Positions 59,373 to 64,000 of a stretch of DNA of 64,000 bases are shown in pieces. A program made the translations under genes and the position numbers. Within the stretch, counting starts at the first letter, position 1. The number at the start of each line of letters is the position of its first letter. Source of the DNA: Roseibacillus sp. (lineage in GTDB: Bacteria > Verrucomicrobiota > Verrucomicrobiia > Verrucomicrobiales > Akkermansiaceae); assembly GCA_965242925.1 (NCBI GenBank), contig CBDEUM010000004.1, forward strand, positions 32,001-96,000, read 5' to 3'. Under the pieces are notes generated by a model. The model was not told the DNA's origin. It saw only the letters and a program-made list of their open reading frames with translations, and did not search any database.

Positions 59373-59455
59373 CGTTGGGGAGGGACTTTAAGCTCCGCCC
59401 TTGCAGGGGCAATGACAATTGGGTGTCTTGCCTGAAGCCTGTTTCGAGGTAGGCT

Positions 59456-60412
59456 ATGTGCGTGATGAGGACCTCGACAGGGTTGCTGATGGTTTCCCTC
59501 GCAGCTGGACTGATCTCTTCCTGTAGCCGGATTCAACGGCTGTCGCAGGGGGAACCTGAACCCAGTCCGGCGGAAGCCTTCCAGGTTCCCTCCATGTTCC
59601 AGCGCGGTGGAGGAAGGGGGAATGCCCAGGTCAAGGTGACTCTTGAGGATGCCTCTGAGTTAACGCCGGAGAATGCGGATCGGATCCGGAGCCGGGAGAA
59701 AGATCTGATGTGGACAGACCCCGACAATCCCGAACAAGGGTTGGAGGGGTTGGAAGAGGTCATGGCCGAGAGCTCCCGCAGGGGGCCCTGGCTCACCAGT
59801 TACTCGGAAGCCCGGCGGACGGCCATGCGCGAGGGAAAACCCATACTCGTCTGGTTCACCGATACGCAGTTCAGTCCGCTCTGCCGCTCCCTGGATGCCG
59901 AGGTCTTCTCCAAGGCTCCGTTCAAACAGTGGGCGTCAGGATCGGTAGTTCGGGTGCGACTAGATTTCAATGTGAAGGGACGGAGTGGGGGACCAGGTCG
60001 CTCCGCAATGGACGACAGGGTGCGTAAAGAGAACTACCTGCAGGCTATCAAGGAACGCTACAGGGTGCTGGGCCTTCCCACGGTGCTTGTCATGAACCCG
60101 GATGGGACCGTGGTGTCCCGCTACCGGGGCTACAAGAAGAGCTACTTCGACTTTTATCTGGCCCGGCTGAAGAACGATGCCGGGCGTGCTGTCCAACTTC
60201 ACCGGAAGTGGCAGGATAGCATGGAACGGCGTGGCTATCGGGAGTGGAAGGATGCCCGGGGGCGGACAGTCTTTGCGAAGCTGGCCCGATACCGTGGAGG
60301 GGACATGATCCTGGTCGAACCTGATGGCAAGCGTCTCAGTGCAAAGGAAAACAATCTCTCCGGTGCCGACCGGGCGTGGATAGCGACCGCAAAGGCGAAA
60401 AGCGGTAATTAG
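59456..60412 (+). CDS. Lipoprotein with thioredoxin-like fold and C-terminal SHD1-like domain
   Basis: Lipobox ISSC; GKPILVWFT...SPLC...V.GLPT; REWKDARG...LSGADRAWI. Confidence 0.8.
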   Translation: MCVMRTSTGLLMVSLAAGLISSCSRIQRLSQGEPEPSPAEAFQVPSMFQRGGGRGNAQVKVTLEDASELTPENADRIRSREKDLMWTDPDNPEQGLEGLEEVMAESSRRGPWLTSYSEARRTAMREGKPILVWFTDTQFSPLCRSLDAEVFSKAPFKQWASGSVVRVRLDFNVKGRSGGPGRSAMDDRVRKENYLQAIKERYRVLGLPTVLVMNPDGTVVSRYRGYKKSYFDFYLARLKNDAGRAVQLHRKWQDSMERRGYREWKDARGRTVFAKLARYRGGDMILVEPDGKRLSAKENNLSGADRAWIATAKAKSGN

Positions 60413-60495
60413 ATCATTTGTGATTGGTTATCGAGGCGGGGAGGGAGCACAGTCCCGCCGAAGAGGCGCAAAGAGCGCTTAATCATCAAACCTCC

Positions 60496-61422
60496 ATGGA
60501 GAACGTTATCATTATCGGGACCGGTTGCGCTGGTTGGACAGCCGCCATCTACACGGCACGGGCAAACTTGGAACCCATCGTCCTTGCCGGGGATCAGATC
60601 GGCGGGCAGTTGACCACGACCAGCGAGGTTGAGAACTACCCGGGGTTCCCGGAGGGGGTGGATGGCTCGACCCTCATGTTCGGCATGCAACAACAGGCCG
60701 AAAAATTCGGAGCCAGCATCGAATACAGGACGGTAGACCGGGTCGACAGGGTGGATGACGGAACCTTCGTGGTGCACTGTGGGGAGGAGCAACTTGAAGC
60801 AAGGACTGTGATTGTGGCTACCGGAGCCCGTCCCCGCCTTCTTGGATTGCCCAACGAAGAGAATGGCAAGAACGGGTTGACCACCTGTGCGACCTGCGAC
60901 GGGGCCTTCTACAGGGACATGCCGGTGGCGGTGATTGGAGGTGGAGACTCTGCCTGCGAGGAGGCAACTTTTCTCACCAGGTTCGCCACCAGGGTCTACC
61001 TCATCCATCGGCGTGATGAACTCCGGGCTTCCAAGATCATGGCCGAGCGGGCGCTCGCCCATGAGAAGATTGAACCAGTCTGGAACAGCGAGCTCACAGC
61101 CTACCATCCCGGAGAGGATGGCAAGATGGAGTCAGTGAGCATCCGCAACCGGGAAACCGGGGAGGAGGGCGCCCTTGAGGTGAAAGGTGTTTTCATTGCC
61201 ATCGGGCACGTTCCGAACAGTGGATTCCTCAATGGCCTCGCGGACCTCGACGAGAGTGGCTACATCCTCCAGCTTCCCGGAAAGACCGCGACAAAGACAC
61301 CCGGGCTCTATGCCGCGGGCGATGTAGCGGATCATTATTACCGCCAGGCCATCACCGCTGCGGGTCAGGGATGCGCCGCCGCACTGGAAGCGGAGCGTTA
61401 TCTTGCGGATCAGGAAGATTAG
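60496..61422 (+). CDS. trxB: Thioredoxin reductase
   Basis: [39 protein letters not shown]. Confidence 0.96.
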   Translation: MENVIIIGTGCAGWTAAIYTARANLEPIVLAGDQIGGQLTTTSEVENYPGFPEGVDGSTLMFGMQQQAEKFGASIEYRTVDRVDRVDDGTFVVHCGEEQLEARTVIVATGARPRLLGLPNEENGKNGLTTCATCDGAFYRDMPVAVIGGGDSACEEATFLTRFATRVYLIHRRDELRASKIMAERALAHEKIEPVWNSELTAYHPGEDGKMESVSIRNRETGEEGALEVKGVFIAIGHVPNSGFLNGLADLDESGYILQLPGKTATKTPGLYAAGDVADHYYRQAITAAGQGCAAALEAERYLADQED

Positions 61423-61608
61423 GAGAATCGAAGAAAACCGTACCACTTGATAAAAATGATGCGGAATTCCTGTCAGCTCTCCGCATGAGAGGACCAGAAG
61501 AGCTGCCTTCCCACCCGTTTGCCAGTATTGGCAGCTGCTCCCCGTATAATGCCGTGAAAGTAGTGACAGCGACGGGGTTCAGCGGCATTATCACTCAGAC
61601 GCATTGAT

Positions 61609-63330
61609 ATGACAGAATTGCTGATTGGCCCGGCCAGGAACACAGGATGCCGTGATATTGACGGTCTCTCGGAGGTAATTGTTGCTGCTGCAGCCGGACA
61701 ACGAAGTCCCCTGGATGACATCCTCGATGCGGAGATGGTCGACGAGGAACCTTATATGCGAAGTCTCTCCGCAGCCCTTGGTCTCCATTGGCTGGATGAG
61801 ATCCCGGCGCCGCTTGAGCCTCTCCCGCTCAGGAAGATCTGCGGACCTCAGGTTGCCTTGCGCCACCGGATCCTACCGGTCGAGTTCGAGGGGAGCGAGG
61901 AGCATGGCACCGAGCGTCTCGTGATCGTAACATATGACCCGTTCAATCTCGCCGCCCGTCAGGCCGCGGTGCAGGCTGTGGACATGCCCATCGTGTGGCG
62001 GATGGCTTCACGGCGCAGGGTTCATGACGGTCTGCGCCGTCTCTACGGGGTTGGAGCCGACACGTTCGAGCAGATTCTGGAGGGCCGGGATCTCGACTAT
62101 GACAATCTTGAGCAGAAGGACGAGGCCAGCGTAATCGACGAGGACGAGGACGAGGAGGCCAGCGTGGTCAAGTTCGTGAACCAGATTATCCGGGAGGCCC
62201 TCGACCAACGCGCCACGGATATCCATGTCGAGCCTCTTGCGGAAAATCTGCGCATCCGCTACCGGGTGGACGGTGTGCTGGTGGATATCGCAGTGCCTGA
62301 GAACATCAAAGCCCTGCAAAGCTCGGTGATTGCACGCCTGAAGATCATGTCGCGTCTCGACATTGCAGAGCGGCGTTTGCCACAGGATGGACGGATCAAT
62401 TTGTCCTTTGAGGGATCCGGGATCGACGTGCGGGTCGCCACGGTGCCTACGGTGGAAGGAGAAAGCGTGAGTCTCCGTCTTCTGAACCAGCAGAGATTCA
62501 ATGTGGAGATGCTTTCTCTTGAAGCGGAGGTAAAGGAGAAGATCGATCGCCTTCTTAAGCTCGCCAATGGCATCATTCTGATTACCGGTCCAACTGGATC
62601 GGGAAAGTCGACCACTCTGTATTCCTTCCTGTCGGAGGTGAATGCACCGGAGACGAGGATTGTGACAATCGAGGACCCGGTGGAGAACAAGCTTGATGGG
62701 GTGATGCAGATAGCGGTGAAATCCGAGATCGGGCTCACTTTCGCGAGTGGTCTGCGCTCCATTCTCCGGGCTGACCCGGACATAGTGATGATTGGGGAGA
62801 TTCGCGATCTGGAAACCGCGGAAATCGCCATTCGGGCCTCGTTGACGGGACACCTTGTGTTCAGCACACTCCATACTAACGATGCCCTGGGTGGTATCGG
62901 CCGTCTCACCGACATGGGGGTGGAGCCATTCCTTCTGTCCGCCGCGGTAAGGGCCTTTCTTGCCCAGCGTCTCGTTCGTCGCCTCTGCCGGAGTTGTCGG
63001 CGACCAGTCTCCCTGACCGATGAGGAAAAACGCGCGCTGGGAATTCCACCTGGTATAGCGGGAACCCCCTATGAGGCGGTTGGATGTGATCATTGCCGTA
63101 ACACCGGTTTCTCGGGCCGCCTGGCCATATACGAGATCGTGCTGCTGACCCTGCCCATGCAGGACCTCATCGCGCACGGAACCCCGGCCAGCGAGGTGAA
63201 GGCCCTGGCGGTCAAGGAAGGGTATGTGCCGATGCGGGAATATGGTTGGTCCAAGGTGATGCAGGGCGAAACCACCATTGAGGAAGTGATTTCGGTAACC
63301 AGCTCTGATCTCGGGGGAGGAGAGGAGTAG
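61609..63330 (+). CDS. GspE/PilB type II secretion / type IV pilus ATPase
   Basis: TGPTGSGKST, TIEDPVE, LRADPD..MIGEIRD, TGHLVFSTLH, C..C and GCDHC zinc motifs. Confidence 0.95.
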   Translation: MTELLIGPARNTGCRDIDGLSEVIVAAAAGQRSPLDDILDAEMVDEEPYMRSLSAALGLHWLDEIPAPLEPLPLRKICGPQVALRHRILPVEFEGSEEHGTERLVIVTYDPFNLAARQAAVQAVDMPIVWRMASRRRVHDGLRRLYGVGADTFEQILEGRDLDYDNLEQKDEASVIDEDEDEEASVVKFVNQIIREALDQRATDIHVEPLAENLRIRYRVDGVLVDIAVPENIKALQSSVIARLKIMSRLDIAERRLPQDGRINLSFEGSGIDVRVATVPTVEGESVSLRLLNQQRFNVEMLSLEAEVKEKIDRLLKLANGIILITGPTGSGKSTTLYSFLSEVNAPETRIVTIEDPVENKLDGVMQIAVKSEIGLTFASGLRSILRADPDIVMIGEIRDLETAEIAIRASLTGHLVFSTLHTNDALGGIGRLTDMGVEPFLLSAAVRAFLAQRLVRRLCRSCRRPVSLTDEEKRALGIPPGIAGTPYEAVGCDHCRNTGFSGRLAIYEIVLLTLPMQDLIAHGTPASEVKALAVKEGYVPMREYGWSKVMQGETTIEEVISVTSSDLGGGEE

Positions 63331-63354
63331 GCGAGCTGAGAATAATAATTCGCC

Positions 63355-64000
63355 ATGCCACTTTTTGCCTACAAAGCCCTGAGGGGCGGAGCGGTCACCA
63401 ACGGTGTGATCGAAGCAAATGATCGCCGGGAAGCATTGCGCATGCTGGATCTACAGGGTTTGCAACCGGTGAAGGTGACCGACACCGGGAAGGGAACCGA
63501 CCGCAAACCGGAGGCCGCCCCGGTCGCGGGGGAGAAAAAGAGAGGGGAACGTTCCCCCAGCGCTGCATCCGTCGCTGAAAAGGAGATTCCGGAGGGGCCC
63601 GTCAAGCTCAAGCGATCTGATGTGGTTCTCTTCACCGAGGAACTCAGTGACATGCTGGCAGCTGGATTGCAGCTGGAGCCCGCCCTGCGAGCGATGGAGG
63701 GGCGCCAGGAACTCGGAAACCTCAAGATCGTTTCGGTCAAGCTGCGCCAGATTGTCCGGGATGGAAACAGCTTCTCAAATGCGCTTAACCGCGTGAGCCC
63801 CAGTTTTGGTCCGCTCTATTGTTCACTGGCGGCGGCAGGAGAGGCCAGTGGCGCTCTGGATACCATCCTGCAGCGCCAGGCCCATTACCTTAAAACCCTT
63901 CAGGAACTGCAGGGGCGTGTGACCCTGGCGTTGATCTATCCGGCCTTCCTCATGTTTTCCGGGATCATGGTTTCGATTATTTTCGTGACGAAGCTGATCC
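63355..64000 (+). CDS. GspF/PilC type II secretion inner-membrane platform protein, 5' part
   Basis: My translation from ATG 63355: MPLFAYKAL...GVIEA...LFTEELSDMLAAGLQL...AGEASGAL...ALIYP; runs off the window. Confidence 0.92.
   Translation, partial: MPLFAYKALRGGAVTNGVIEANDRREALRMLDLQGLQPVKVTDTGKGTDRKPEAAPVAGEKKRGERSPSAASVAEKEIPEGPVKLKRSDVVLFTEELSDMLAAGLQLEPALRAMEGRQELGNLKIVSVKLRQIVRDGNSFSNALNRVSPSFGPLYCSLAAAGEASGALDTILQRQAHYLKTLQELQGRVTLALIYPAFLMFSGIMVSIIFVTKLI

Noticed and set aside
61423..61608. c-di-GMP riboswitch upstream of gspE
   Set aside because: I could not match class I or class II consensus elements; retained only as an unexplained structured region.

Overview
GC-rich bacterial chromosome segment, most likely Verrucomicrobiota (PVC superphylum). 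This is inferred from two DUF1549/DUF1553-DUF1501 modules, SHD1-domain proteins and HIS6-type HisA; no marker gene search was run. Most of the window is housekeeping: dnaB, rplI, aroB, adk, fmt, pyrH-frr, ubiE/menG, hisC, mnmE, glycerate kinase, fabD, hisA, riboflavin synthase, trxB, GspE/GspF, tRNA-Ser(TGA) and tRNA-Asp(GTC). I found no CRISPR array, integrase or transposase. Most notable observations: (1) an array of three GYF_2 membrane proteins with swapped C-terminal modules (DUF4190, DUF4190, CD225/dispanin), coupled to DUF2752; (2) a lipoprotein whose 15-bp (DEPGS)n minisatellite contains one 11-bp unit that frameshifts off a C-terminal SHD1 domain; (3) a secreted six-fold 17-aa repeat protein of possible beta-flower type; (4) a gpgS-glycosyltransferase-HAD cluster resembling mannosylglucosylglycerate synthesis; (5) a 96-bp duplication of the 5' end of a UbiA-like gene; (6) a compositionally distinct DUF1553/DUF1501 block beside the 3' end of tRNA-Ser. 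All family assignments come from motif recognition by eye.
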